This document shows, piece by piece, positions 45,526 to 54,053 of a DNA stretch of 64,000 bases (its first letter is position 1; the number at the start of each line of letters is the position of its first letter). The notes under the pieces were generated by a model. That model had not been told where the DNA came from and ran no database searches. It saw only the letters and a list, made by a program, of their open reading frames with translations. Position numbers and translations under genes: made by a program. Origin of the DNA: Candidatus Limnocylindrales bacterium (GTDB lineage: Bacteria > Chloroflexota > Limnocylindria > Limnocylindrales > CSP1-4); the NCBI GenBank assembly GCA_038915815.1, contig JBCLCL010000002.1:33521-97520 (forward strand), written 5' to 3'.

Positions 45526-46046
45526 CAGGGCGTCGGCTCTCCTCCGGCGAGCGGGGTGTCGCGGTGATCGTACGGCCCCGCGAGGGTCTCCAGCGCGTGG
45601 TCCAGCACACCGGCGATCGCCTCGAGCGACTCGAGGGCACCCTTCGGGCTGCCCGGCAGATTGACGATCAGGGACCGACCCCGGACCCCGACGACGCCCC
45701 TCGACAGGTCGGCGAACGGCGTCTTCGCCCGACCCGCGGCGCGCATCGCCTCGGCCAGCCCGGGGACCTCGTAGTCGGCCACGGCCAGGGTCGCCTGGGG
45801 CGTCACGTCGCGCGGGGTCAGGCCGGTGCCACCGGTCGTCACGATGAGGTGGTGGTGGGCGGCACCGTCCTGGAGCGCCTCCTCGATCGCGGTTTGCTCA
45901 TCCGGGATGACCAGCCGCTCCACGGCAAAGCCCAGCTGGGCAAGACGATCGGCGACGCGGAGACCCGATTCGTCCGAGCGAACGCCGGCTGCCGCGCCGT
46001 CGCTGGCCGTGATCACGAGCGCCGAGCGGATGGGCCGATCCGTCAT
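45525..46046 (-). CDS. MogA/MoaB family molybdenum cofactor biosynthesis protein
   Basis: 173 aa. ALVITASDG, IVTTGGTGLTPRDVTPQA and NLPGSPKG. Confidence 0.88.
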   Translation of the reverse strand: MTDRPIRSALVITASDGAAAGVRSDESGLRVADRLAQLGFAVERLVIPDEQTAIEEALQDGAAHHHLIVTTGGTGLTPRDVTPQATLAVADYEVPGLAEAMRAAGRAKTPFADLSRGVVGVRGRSLIVNLPGSPKGALESLEAIAGVLDHALETLAGPYDHRDTPLAGGEPTP

Positions 46047-46633
46047 GCGTTGCCCTTGCGTCTCGATCCCACCCGGCCGGCGATCCGGTCGCCGGGACGC
46101 CGAGTCGGCCGATCGTCGACGGGGCCCGGGGAGCGTACCCAGGTCCCGCTCGAGCCACCGGTCTTCGAAATGAGACGGACGCCTCGGATCTCGACTCCAC
46201 GCTCCACACCCTTGACCATGTCATAGACGGTGAGGGCCGCCACGGACGCCGCCGTCATCGCCTCCATCTCGACCCCGGTCTGGCCGGTCGTGGCCGCCTC
46301 CGCGCGGATGCGCAGGACGCCGGCCACGCGGTCCGGGGTGATCGCCACGACAAGATCCGTCAACGGCAGCGGGTGGCAGAGAGGGATCAGCTCGCTGGTG
46401 CGCTTGCCGCCCATGACGCCTGCAAGCTCGGCGACGCTCAGGACGTCGCCCTTGGAGCCGCCGCCGTCGATCACCAGGCTCATCGTCTCGGGCGAGACGG
46501 CGACCAGCGCCTCCGCCACGGCACGCCGCGCGGTGATCGGCTTGGCCGAGACGTCCACCATCCTTGGCCGGCCGGAGCGGTCCACGTGCGAGAGTCGGCG
46601 TCGTTCGGCACGAGGGGCGGGCTTCTGGTCCAT
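46043..46633 (-). CDS. moaC: cyclic pyranopterin monophosphate synthase MoaC, with ~35-aa basic C-terminal tail
   Basis: LSHVDRSGRPRMVDVSAKP, KGDVLSVAELAGVMGGKRTSELIPLCHPL and TGVEMEAMTAASVAALTVYDM. GGAGG lies 5 nt before the ATG. Confidence 0.92.
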   Translation of the reverse strand: MDQKPAPRAERRRLSHVDRSGRPRMVDVSAKPITARRAVAEALVAVSPETMSLVIDGGGSKGDVLSVAELAGVMGGKRTSELIPLCHPLPLTDLVVAITPDRVAGVLRIRAEAATTGQTGVEMEAMTAASVAALTVYDMVKGVERGVEIRGVRLISKTGGSSGTWVRSPGPVDDRPTRRPGDRIAGRVGSRRKGNA

Positions 46634-46661
46634 CGGGTCCTCCGGTCGATTGGGGGCGGTT

Positions 46662-46712
46662 GGTGCGGTCGGGCGGTGCGGTCGGGCGGTGCGGTCGGGC
46701 GGTGCGGTCGGC
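46662..46712. repeat. 13-bp tandem repeat GGTGCGGTCGGGC, about 3.9 copies, in the moeA-moaC spacer
   Basis: Three perfect 13-mers lie at 46662-46700, followed by a 12-nt variant. The repeat ends 3 nt from the moeA stop. The unit is not a multiple of 3. Confidence 0.92.
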
Positions 46713-46715
46713 GGT

Positions 46716-48050
46716 TCAGGCGCGATCGAGCCACCAGAGGCTCACCTCGGCGCCGGCCGGGAGCGAGTCGGTGGCTTCAGGGATGATCGCAAGGGCGTCG
46801 GCGGCGGCCAGCGCCGAGAGGACGTGACTTCCCTGTCCGCCAGCGAGGCGGACCCTGACCCGACCTCGTTCGTCGCGGCTTGGGGCGCCGTCATCCTCGC
46901 GCTCGGCCATGACCCGCAGGAAGGCCCGTCGGTCGTGACTCTTGGTCACGGGTTCGGTCAGGACGGCTCGATCCGCCGGTCGCTGGAGGTCGTGCCGGCC
47001 GGCCAGGCGTCGGATCGCCGGACGCACGAAGAGCTCGAATGTGACGGCCGACGAGACCGGGTTACCCGGCAGCCCGAAGACCAGGATCGGCGCACCGCCC
47101 CCTGGCCGGGCTGCCGTTCCGAACGCGAACGGCTTTCCCGGCTGCACCGCGACGCGCCAGAGATCGACCCGACCGATCGTCTCCATGGCCGTCCTGACGA
47201 CGTCGTACGGCCCGACCGAGACGCCACCGGAGACGATCAGGACGTCCACTCCGACCTCGATCCCGCCGCGCAGCCGCTTCAGGAGATCGGCGAGCTCATC
47301 GCCCGCGATCCCGAGGTCGATCGCTTCGGCGCCGGCGGCAGTCACCTGGGCGCGCAGCCCGGGTCCATTCGCGTCGGGGATGCCGGCCGGACCAAGCGGC
47401 TGGCCGGGTGCGCGGACTTCGTCACCAGTGGCGAGCACGCCGACCCGAGGCCGCCGGTGGACGACGATCTGTTCGACACCCGCGCCCGCAGCCAGGGCGA
47501 CGGTGGCGGCGGTCATCCCCGAGCCGGGTTGGAGGAGCGTGTCGCCGGCGTGCAGGTCGCTCCCCTCCTCTCGTACGGACCCGCCCACCGGCACCGCCTG
47601 GTGGATGAGACAGCCCGCCGGGACGGGACCGGTCGCGTCGCGGCCACGATGCCCCGGTCGTCCCTCGCCGTCCAGCGGCGTGGTCAGCTCGACCGGGGCG
47701 ACCGCATCGGCGCCGTTCGGCATCCGGGCCCCGGTCGCGATCCGCGCCGCGGTCCCCGGGCCCAGTTCGATCGTCGGGGCCGCGCCGGCGCGGATGTCGC
47801 CGATGACCCGCAGCTGGATCGGCGTGTCGTCGCGAGCGCTCTCCGTGTCCGCGGCCCGGAGCGCGTAGCCGTCCATCGCCGAGTTCGCCCACGGCGGCAA
47901 CGAGACGCGCGCCACCACGGCTTCGGCGACGACGCGCCCCATCGACGCCGCGGCGATGACCCGTTCGGTCCCGACGGGCTCGACATCGGCCAGGACCGAG
48001 TCGAGCGCTGCCTCGACGCTGAGCAGGCCCTGGATCGCGGACGCCGTCAA
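46716..48050 (-). CDS. moeA: molybdopterin molybdenumtransferase MoeA
   Basis: GLLSVEAALDSVLADVEPV...SLPPWANSAMDGYALR, TGARMP, GDEV, SGGVSVGPYD and GLPGNPVS. The TTG at 48050 overlaps the upstream stop (TTGA). The longer ORF-track start at 48380 reads through the neighbouring gene. Confidence 0.9.
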   Translation of the reverse strand: MTASAIQGLLSVEAALDSVLADVEPVGTERVIAAASMGRVVAEAVVARVSLPPWANSAMDGYALRAADTESARDDTPIQLRVIGDIRAGAAPTIELGPGTAARIATGARMPNGADAVAPVELTTPLDGEGRPGHRGRDATGPVPAGCLIHQAVPVGGSVREEGSDLHAGDTLLQPGSGMTAATVALAAGAGVEQIVVHRRPRVGVLATGDEVRAPGQPLGPAGIPDANGPGLRAQVTAAGAEAIDLGIAGDELADLLKRLRGGIEVGVDVLIVSGGVSVGPYDVVRTAMETIGRVDLWRVAVQPGKPFAFGTAARPGGGAPILVFGLPGNPVSSAVTFELFVRPAIRRLAGRHDLQRPADRAVLTEPVTKSHDRRAFLRVMAEREDDGAPSRDERGRVRVRLAGGQGSHVLSALAAADALAIIPEATDSLPAGAEVSLWWLDRA

Positions 48051-48751
48051 CGGCCGGGTTCCGGACTCGGAGCAAGCGCTGCGGTCGCGCCGGTGTTCTC
48101 CGGCGGCACGACGCGTGCACCGCGGCGACCGGCGATCAGGGCCAGCGCCAGGGCGACGGCGATGATGACGACACCGACGACGACCGCCGTCTCCTCCCAG
48201 AACTGGAACGGGAAGAGCTGCACGAGCCGTTCGGTCGCCGGGTCGAAGGTGTACGAGCCCGTCGAGAAGAAGACCCGATGGAAGAGCTCGAAGAGCGCAT
48301 CGAAGGCGACGAGGGCGACCACCCCGATGACGGCGATCGCCCCGGCCAGGCCCAGCGCGCCGCCACGGACGGCGCGCCACGTGGCGGCTCGGTCCCGCCG
48401 CCGGCTCGCCACCCGCAACACGATCACGGAGACAGCAGCAAGGAACCAGAGGCCCACGAAGACCGACCGGACATCGCGCATGTGGCCGCGCTCACGGTCG
48501 TCCAGGACGGGCTCCCCGCGAACCTCGACGGTGAAATTCGGCGGCCCGAAGGTGAGGTCCGCCAGGATCGCGTCGGTCGCCGCTCGCAGCTCGTCGGGAG
48601 GATAGCCTGTCCACCCGGCGGCATCCGACCGGCCCTGTTCGAAGGCGACCCACTGCGGGGTCAGGAACGGCAGCACAGCGACGGCCACGATGACGACGGC
48701 GACCGCCAGAGCGACGAGGAGCGACGAGACGCGACCGACCAGGGCGTTCAC
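48047..48751 (-). CDS. TIGR01906 / DUF1461 family integral membrane protein
   Basis: 234 aa. Four TM helices. ERGHMRDVRSVF and FHRVFFSTGSYTFDPATERLVQLFPFQFW are family-typical. Confidence 0.78.
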   Translation of the reverse strand: MNALVGRVSSLLVALAVAVVIVAVAVLPFLTPQWVAFEQGRSDAAGWTGYPPDELRAATDAILADLTFGPPNFTVEVRGEPVLDDRERGHMRDVRSVFVGLWFLAAVSVIVLRVASRRRDRAATWRAVRGGALGLAGAIAVIGVVALVAFDALFELFHRVFFSTGSYTFDPATERLVQLFPFQFWEETAVVVGVVIIAVALALALIAGRRGARVVPPENTGATAALAPSPEPGR

Positions 48752-48779
48752 CGTCTCATCCTAGCCCGTCGGGGCGAGG

Positions 48780-49169
48780 TCACTCGTCCTCGAGGGTCCT
48801 CGCCTGGTCCCACCAGCCCTCCATGGTGAGATCGGAGGGCGGATCCATCTTGAGCTCGATCGCGGCGGTCCGGACCCTCTCCCGGAATGCCTCGAGCGAC
48901 AGGTCCAGGATCTGGCGCAGACCTTCGATCTCGGCCTGGATGAGGAGCTGGTGTTCGGCCGGACCGAAGCTCGCCAGGTTCAGCATCAGCGCCTCGTCGC
49001 GCCACATCAGGACGTCGTTCGTGGTGGCGTCCAGCTGGTCGGCCAGGGTCTGGCGGCGGGTCGGCGTCTCCGACACCTCCAACAGCAGGCCGGTGGTGAA
49101 GATACCCTGGTGGTCGAGCCGGTCCAGGTGCGCCGGCTCGATACGCGTCAGCTCATTGATCGGTGGCAC
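48780..49169 (-). CDS. DUF4332-like (helix-hairpin-helix repeat) protein
   Basis: 129 aa. LTRIEPAHLDRLDHQGIFTTGLLLE and a second FGPAEHQLLIQAEIEGLRQIL unit resemble the two HhH-like repeats of DUF4332. Confidence 0.55.
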   Translation of the reverse strand: MPPINELTRIEPAHLDRLDHQGIFTTGLLLEVSETPTRRQTLADQLDATTNDVLMWRDEALMLNLASFGPAEHQLLIQAEIEGLRQILDLSLEAFRERVRTAAIELKMDPPSDLTMEGWWDQARTLEDE

Positions 49170-49448
49170 GGGTCAGGCGAGGCCTCCATCGAGGTGGGTG
49201 GGTCGCGATGCCGCCATTATCGGGTCTCGGGGCGACCGTCGTCAGCGGCCGCAGGTGCGGGTACGCACAGATCCCCACCTGGCTCGACCAGGCGGTGATG
49301 CAGCGGGTGCATCATCTGGGTCGGTTGCACGCTCAGCGACGCGCCGTCTCCGCAAACAATGGGAGGCGCCACGCACGAATATGGTGGTGACGATGCCCAC
49401 GCGCATCAGCACCTTCGGAATTCGCCCATGTCGCGCTCCATCGAGCCT

Positions 49449-50945
49449 TCACCCGTCGACGACCTGCTCGGCCGCTGCCGCTCGCAGCAATTCCCAGGCA
49501 CGCTCGACGTGGCGCGCTTCCGTTCGAAGGTTGCCGATCGCGATCCGGATCGTGAACCGGCCGGCGAGACGGGTATGCGACAGGAAGACCTCGCCCGTTC
49601 GATTGACCGCGTCCATGATCGCGGCGTTGGCCTCGTCGAGACGCTCGGCGACGGCCGGCTCGTCGGCCCGGACGGCCAGCGCCGCCGGCCGCCAGCGCAA
49701 GCAGACGGTCGAGAATGGGACGGGCGCCAGCAGCTCCCAGTCCGGGTCGGCTTCGATCGTCGCAGCCAGGGCGGCCGCCAGTCCCAGGTGGTGTTCGATC
49801 CGGCGTCGAAGCCCGTCGAGTCCGAACCAGCGCAGCTGGACCCACAACTTGAGCGCCCGAAAGCGCCGGCCCAGTTGCGGCGTGTACTCGGTGTAGTCGC
49901 GGCCCGGCGGCGCGCGATCGAGCGTCCGCAGGTACTCCGGGACCAGGCTGAAGGCCGCTCGCAGCTCGCCCATCCGGCGGGTCAGCAGCAATGACGCATC
50001 GAGCGGCGTGAACAGCCACTTGTGCGGGTTGATCACGATCGAGTCGGCGCGTTCCCAGCCGTCAAACGCGGCCCGCCGATCCGGCAGCATCGCCACGACC
50101 CCCGCATACGCCGCATCGACGTGCAGCCAGAGCCCCTCTCGTGCGGAGATCTCCGCGATCGGCGCGATAGGGTCGACCGAAGTTGACGAGGTGGTCCCGA
50201 TCGTCGCCACGATCGCGATCGGCCGCAGGCCCGCGGCCCGATCGGCCGTGATCGCCTCGGCCAGGGTGCCGGGAAGCATCTCGTAGCGCTGGTTGGTGGG
50301 GATCCGGACGAGCGAGGCGCGTCCCAGGCCCAGGGTCATGCACGCCTTCTCGACCGAGCTGTGCGCCTCGGCCGAGGCGTAGACCCGCAGGCCGCTCCCA
50401 AGGTCGTCGCGCCCCGCCAGCCCTCGCGCGGCAGCGTCGGTGCCAGCGGCCTCGCGTGCGGCGGCCAGGGCGATCAGGGTCGAGGTCGATGCCGTGTCGG
50501 TCAGCAGCCCATCGAACGCCTCCGGAAGGCCGAGCGCCTGGCGCAGCCAGTCGACGACCACCTCCTCCAGTTCCGTGCCGATCGGCGAGGCCCGCCAGAG
50601 CATCGGGTTCTGGCCCAGCGTCGCCACAAGCATCTCCCCGAGGATCCCGGGGCCGGATGCCGTCGTCGGGAAATAGGCGAAGAAACCCGGGTGCTGCCAG
50701 TGCGTGGCGTTGGGCTCGATGAGCCGGGCGTAGTCCGCCAGGATCGCCTCGATCGACTCGGGGTCCTCCGGTGCGAACGCCGGAAAGAGCGGTCGCAGCG
50801 AACCTGGCTTGACCTGGGGAAGGACCGGCCGGGTCTCGACGGTTTCCAGGTAGTTCGCCATGATGTCCACGACTGCGTGGGCCGCCGCCCGGAAGGCGTC
50901 GGGATGCATGTCCAGCAAGGGCGCGCTGTCGTTGGGTCGGGTCAC
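49449..50945 (-). CDS. pyridoxal-dependent (group II, aromatic-L-amino-acid type) decarboxylase
   Basis: 498 aa. HWQHPGFFAYFP, LHVDAAYAG and INPHKWLFTPLDASLL (the PLP-binding Lys). Confidence 0.88.
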   Translation of the reverse strand: MTRPNDSAPLLDMHPDAFRAAAHAVVDIMANYLETVETRPVLPQVKPGSLRPLFPAFAPEDPESIEAILADYARLIEPNATHWQHPGFFAYFPTTASGPGILGEMLVATLGQNPMLWRASPIGTELEEVVVDWLRQALGLPEAFDGLLTDTASTSTLIALAAAREAAGTDAAARGLAGRDDLGSGLRVYASAEAHSSVEKACMTLGLGRASLVRIPTNQRYEMLPGTLAEAITADRAAGLRPIAIVATIGTTSSTSVDPIAPIAEISAREGLWLHVDAAYAGVVAMLPDRRAAFDGWERADSIVINPHKWLFTPLDASLLLTRRMGELRAAFSLVPEYLRTLDRAPPGRDYTEYTPQLGRRFRALKLWVQLRWFGLDGLRRRIEHHLGLAAALAATIEADPDWELLAPVPFSTVCLRWRPAALAVRADEPAVAERLDEANAAIMDAVNRTGEVFLSHTRLAGRFTIRIAIGNLRTEARHVERAWELLRAAAAEQVVDG

Positions 50946-51396
50946 ACGGCCAGTGTATGGCCGCAGCCAGTGAGCCAGACGGTAGGGGCGATCAGGCAGC
51001 TGACATCACTCGGGCGACCGAGAGCAACCCACGGCCCGACGTCCTTGGAAACCGCCTGAGCACACGATCCCGCTCGTGTACTGTCGGCCTGTCAGGAGGG
51101 CCGGACATGACGATCCACGATCAGCGCCCTGGACCGCCTCACCGGAGCGCGTTGTTTGCTGGCCTGGTGGTTTCAGCCGGTGCCCCTCGACCAGATGGTG
51201 ACGATTGTCCGCTATCTCACCAGCCATCCCGAAGACCGCCCGAGGATCGGCCGTGCGGACCCTGACGAGTGGCTCCAGACGCGCCAGACCGCGGGCCAGG
51301 GAGACGTTTGACGGCGCGTCGAGGTCGAACGCCGACGGCCGCGGCTGGAGGTCGCCGACGATGGTTAGAGCGAGGCTCCCCCTGTTGGGAGGACTC

Positions 51397-54021
51397 ATGA
51401 CAGAGACGAAGCGTTCGGGTCGGTCGCACCCGCTAGTCGTTGCCCAAGCGGTCCTGTTGGCGTTCGTCCTGAGCGCCGGGCCGATTGCCGAGGTGGCTCT
51501 CGGTGCGGGGCCGGCCCGCAGCCCGATCGAGGTGTCGAGCCACGCAGACGCCCGGGAGATCCTGCGCGGTCCACTCCGACGGCTTGCGGCCGGACGACTC
51601 TCGCAGAACGAGCAGCGGACACTGCTCCGTGGGACGATGACCGCAGGTCCGGCCCTCCGACCGGAGGTGGCCGTGACCGTCCACTTCGACGAAACCGTGA
51701 CCGCGCCGATGATCGCCGGGATGGCGTCGGCTGGCGCCCGGGTCGTGAATGTCGGAAGTCAGGACGTCGAAGCCTACGTGTCGCCGGATCGCCTGGCGGC
51801 GCTGGCGCAGGTTGCGGGCGTCCGCTCCATCCGACCGATCATGGCCAATAGGCCCAGCGGTTATGTGAGCCCCGCCGTCGCTCTCCACGGCTCCAACGCA
51901 TGGCAGACCGCCGGTTACACGGGGTCGGGCGTCAAGGTCGGGATCATCGACCTGGGGTTCACCGGTCTCGCGGCGCTCCTGGGGACCGAACTGCCGGTCA
52001 CCGTCCAGGCCCGTTGCTACACGTCGATCGGTTCGTTCACCACGGACCTCTCCGGCTGCGCCAACGGCGAAACGCACGGCACGGCGGTCGCCGAGACGGT
52101 CCTAGATATGGCGCCCGGGGTTGAGCTCTACATCGCAGTCCCGATCTCGCACGGTGACCTGCTCCAGGCGACCGAGTGGATGACCGCGAACGGGGTGAGG
52201 ATCATCAATGCGTCCTTTGGAACCATGTTCGACGGTCCGGGCGACGGAACCTCTCCCTACAGCAACTCCGTCTACGCCGTGGTGGATCAGGCCACCGCGG
52301 CCGGTACGTTCTGGGTGAACGCCGCCGGGAACTCGGGCGATGCGGGCTGGACGGGTGCGTGGACCGACGTGAACGCCAACGGCCGACTCGAGTTCGCGAA
52401 CGGCGACGAGCTGAACAGCGTGACCCTCGCCGCGGGCGATGAGATCGCGGTCGCGATCCGCTGGGCCGACCCGTGGGGCGCGTCCTCGAACAACTACGCG
52501 CTGGCCCTCTACTCGGGATCGACACTCGTCGCGTCGAACGACGACTACCAAGCGGGAGCCGGCGATCCGTTCGAGATCCTTGAATACACCGCCACCACGG
52601 CCGGCACGTACGACATCGCGATCAGCCGCATCTCGGGCGCTGCGACGCCTCGGATGCAGCTCCTCGTCGATGGCCTCCGCATCGGGCAATCGCTCCAGCA
52701 CCGGGTGGCATCCGGCACCCTCCCGTCCCCCGCGGACAGCAGCAACCCCGGGATGGTCACCGTCGGCGCGGTGAACTTCGCGACACCCGGTACGATCGAG
52801 TCGTACAGCTCGCGCGGACCAACGCTCGACGGACGCATCAAGCCTGACCTCGTCGCCGCGGACTGCGCCCCCACGACGGTCGAGTCTCAGTTCTGCGGTA
52901 CGAGCGAGTCCGCGCCAATCGTCGCCGGAGCGGCGGCCCAAGTCCTCCAGGCCTACCCGACCCTCACACCTTCCCAACTCGCTGACTGGCTCCGGTCCCA
53001 TGCGCTGCCACTCGGGAGCCCCGCGCCGAACTCGAACTTCGGCTGGGGGCGGCTCAACCTTGGCCCAGTTCCCGTGGCACCGGCCACGGGCGTCGCGTTC
53101 ATTTCGCCGCCGACGGGTGCTGTGGCCGGCGCAGCGCTGACCGGACAGCCCACGATCAAGATCATCGACGCAATCGGAGGGATCATCGGCTCCGGCCCCC
53201 AGGGCACCTCGCCGATCTCGATCTCGCTCGCCGCGAACCCGACGGGCGCGACGCTCTCGTGCCCCGGCGGCCTCACTCGGTCGGCCCAGGCGGGCGTGGT
53301 GTCCTTCGCCGGGTGTGCGATCGACACCCCTGGGACCGGGTACACGATCCAGGCGCAGGTGAACGGCCTCCCTCCTGTCGTGTCGGTGCCGTTCGATATC
53401 CTCGCGCCGGGTTCGGCGCTCCCGCTCACACTCTCGCTGAGTCCGACCACGATCACCTACGGCACCAGCGTGTCGCTGACGGCCCATCTGGCCCCCGCGC
53501 CAACCAGCGGGAGCCGCTCGCTGGAGGTCCAGTTCGCGATCGACGGGCTCGCCTGGAAGTCGACCGGGGCACTCAGTACCGACGCCACTGGCCAGATGCT
53601 CGCCACCTCAAAACCGAACGCGTCGGGTTGGTATCGCGTCTTCTTCAGCGGAGCCGCGGACCTCGCGGCGGCCACGAGCTACCCGGTGCGGGTGACCGTC
53701 AGGCAATCGATCGCGCTGACCGCATCGCTCACGCCGCCGAGAACGATCCTTCGGGGTACGGCCGTGACCTTCACGTCGACGGTCCGACCCCAGTCGGATC
53801 CCTCGGCGCGGATGTCGGTGGCCTACGTCATCTACCGACGCGTCGGCACATCCTGGGTGCTCTACAAGCGCGCCTATGTGACGGCGGACGCGAACGGTCG
53901 AGCCAGGTTCAGCTGGAAGTTTGGGACGGCCGGTTCCTGGTACGTGCGCTCGTTGGCGCGTGCCACCCCGTATAACGCCGCGAGCAGATGGAGCACGATC
54001 GCCCGGTACGACGTCCGATGA
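51397..54021 (+). CDS. secreted S8 (subtilisin-family) serine peptidase with C-terminal Ig-like/beta-rich repeats
   Basis: The ATG at 51397 has GGGAGG 5 nt upstream and is followed by a signal-like VVAQAVLLAFVLSAGP. The catalytic residues are Asp (VKVGIIDLGF), His (HGTAVAE) and Ser (GTSESAPIVAGAAA). About 330 aa of Thr/Ser/Ala-rich beta-repeat tail follows. Confidence 0.88.
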   Translation: MTETKRSGRSHPLVVAQAVLLAFVLSAGPIAEVALGAGPARSPIEVSSHADAREILRGPLRRLAAGRLSQNEQRTLLRGTMTAGPALRPEVAVTVHFDETVTAPMIAGMASAGARVVNVGSQDVEAYVSPDRLAALAQVAGVRSIRPIMANRPSGYVSPAVALHGSNAWQTAGYTGSGVKVGIIDLGFTGLAALLGTELPVTVQARCYTSIGSFTTDLSGCANGETHGTAVAETVLDMAPGVELYIAVPISHGDLLQATEWMTANGVRIINASFGTMFDGPGDGTSPYSNSVYAVVDQATAAGTFWVNAAGNSGDAGWTGAWTDVNANGRLEFANGDELNSVTLAAGDEIAVAIRWADPWGASSNNYALALYSGSTLVASNDDYQAGAGDPFEILEYTATTAGTYDIAISRISGAATPRMQLLVDGLRIGQSLQHRVASGTLPSPADSSNPGMVTVGAVNFATPGTIESYSSRGPTLDGRIKPDLVAADCAPTTVESQFCGTSESAPIVAGAAAQVLQAYPTLTPSQLADWLRSHALPLGSPAPNSNFGWGRLNLGPVPVAPATGVAFISPPTGAVAGAALTGQPTIKIIDAIGGIIGSGPQGTSPISISLAANPTGATLSCPGGLTRSAQAGVVSFAGCAIDTPGTGYTIQAQVNGLPPVVSVPFDILAPGSALPLTLSLSPTTITYGTSVSLTAHLAPAPTSGSRSLEVQFAIDGLAWKSTGALSTDATGQMLATSKPNASGWYRVFFSGAADLAAATSYPVRVTVRQSIALTASLTPPRTILRGTAVTFTSTVRPQSDPSARMSVAYVIYRRVGTSWVLYKRAYVTADANGRARFSWKFGTAGSWYVRSLARATPYNAASRWSTIARYDVR

Positions 54022-54053
54022 ACGCAACGCCGTGAGGAGTCCCGTCGCGCCGC

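Noticed and set aside
51107-51265. A 52-codon ORF (MTIHDQRPGPPHRS...) with a strong AGGAGGG Shine-Dalgarno sequence in the 450-bp spacer upstream of the S8 peptidase. An overlapping alternative frame encodes ...WWFQPVPLDQMVTIVRYLTSHPEDRPRIGRADPDEWLQTRQTAGQGDV.
   Set aside because: The first frame has many A/T-ending codons, unlike the real genes here. The second frame has better codon bias but no convincing start and no recognisable family. There is insufficient support to call either as a gene. One could be a gene remnant.
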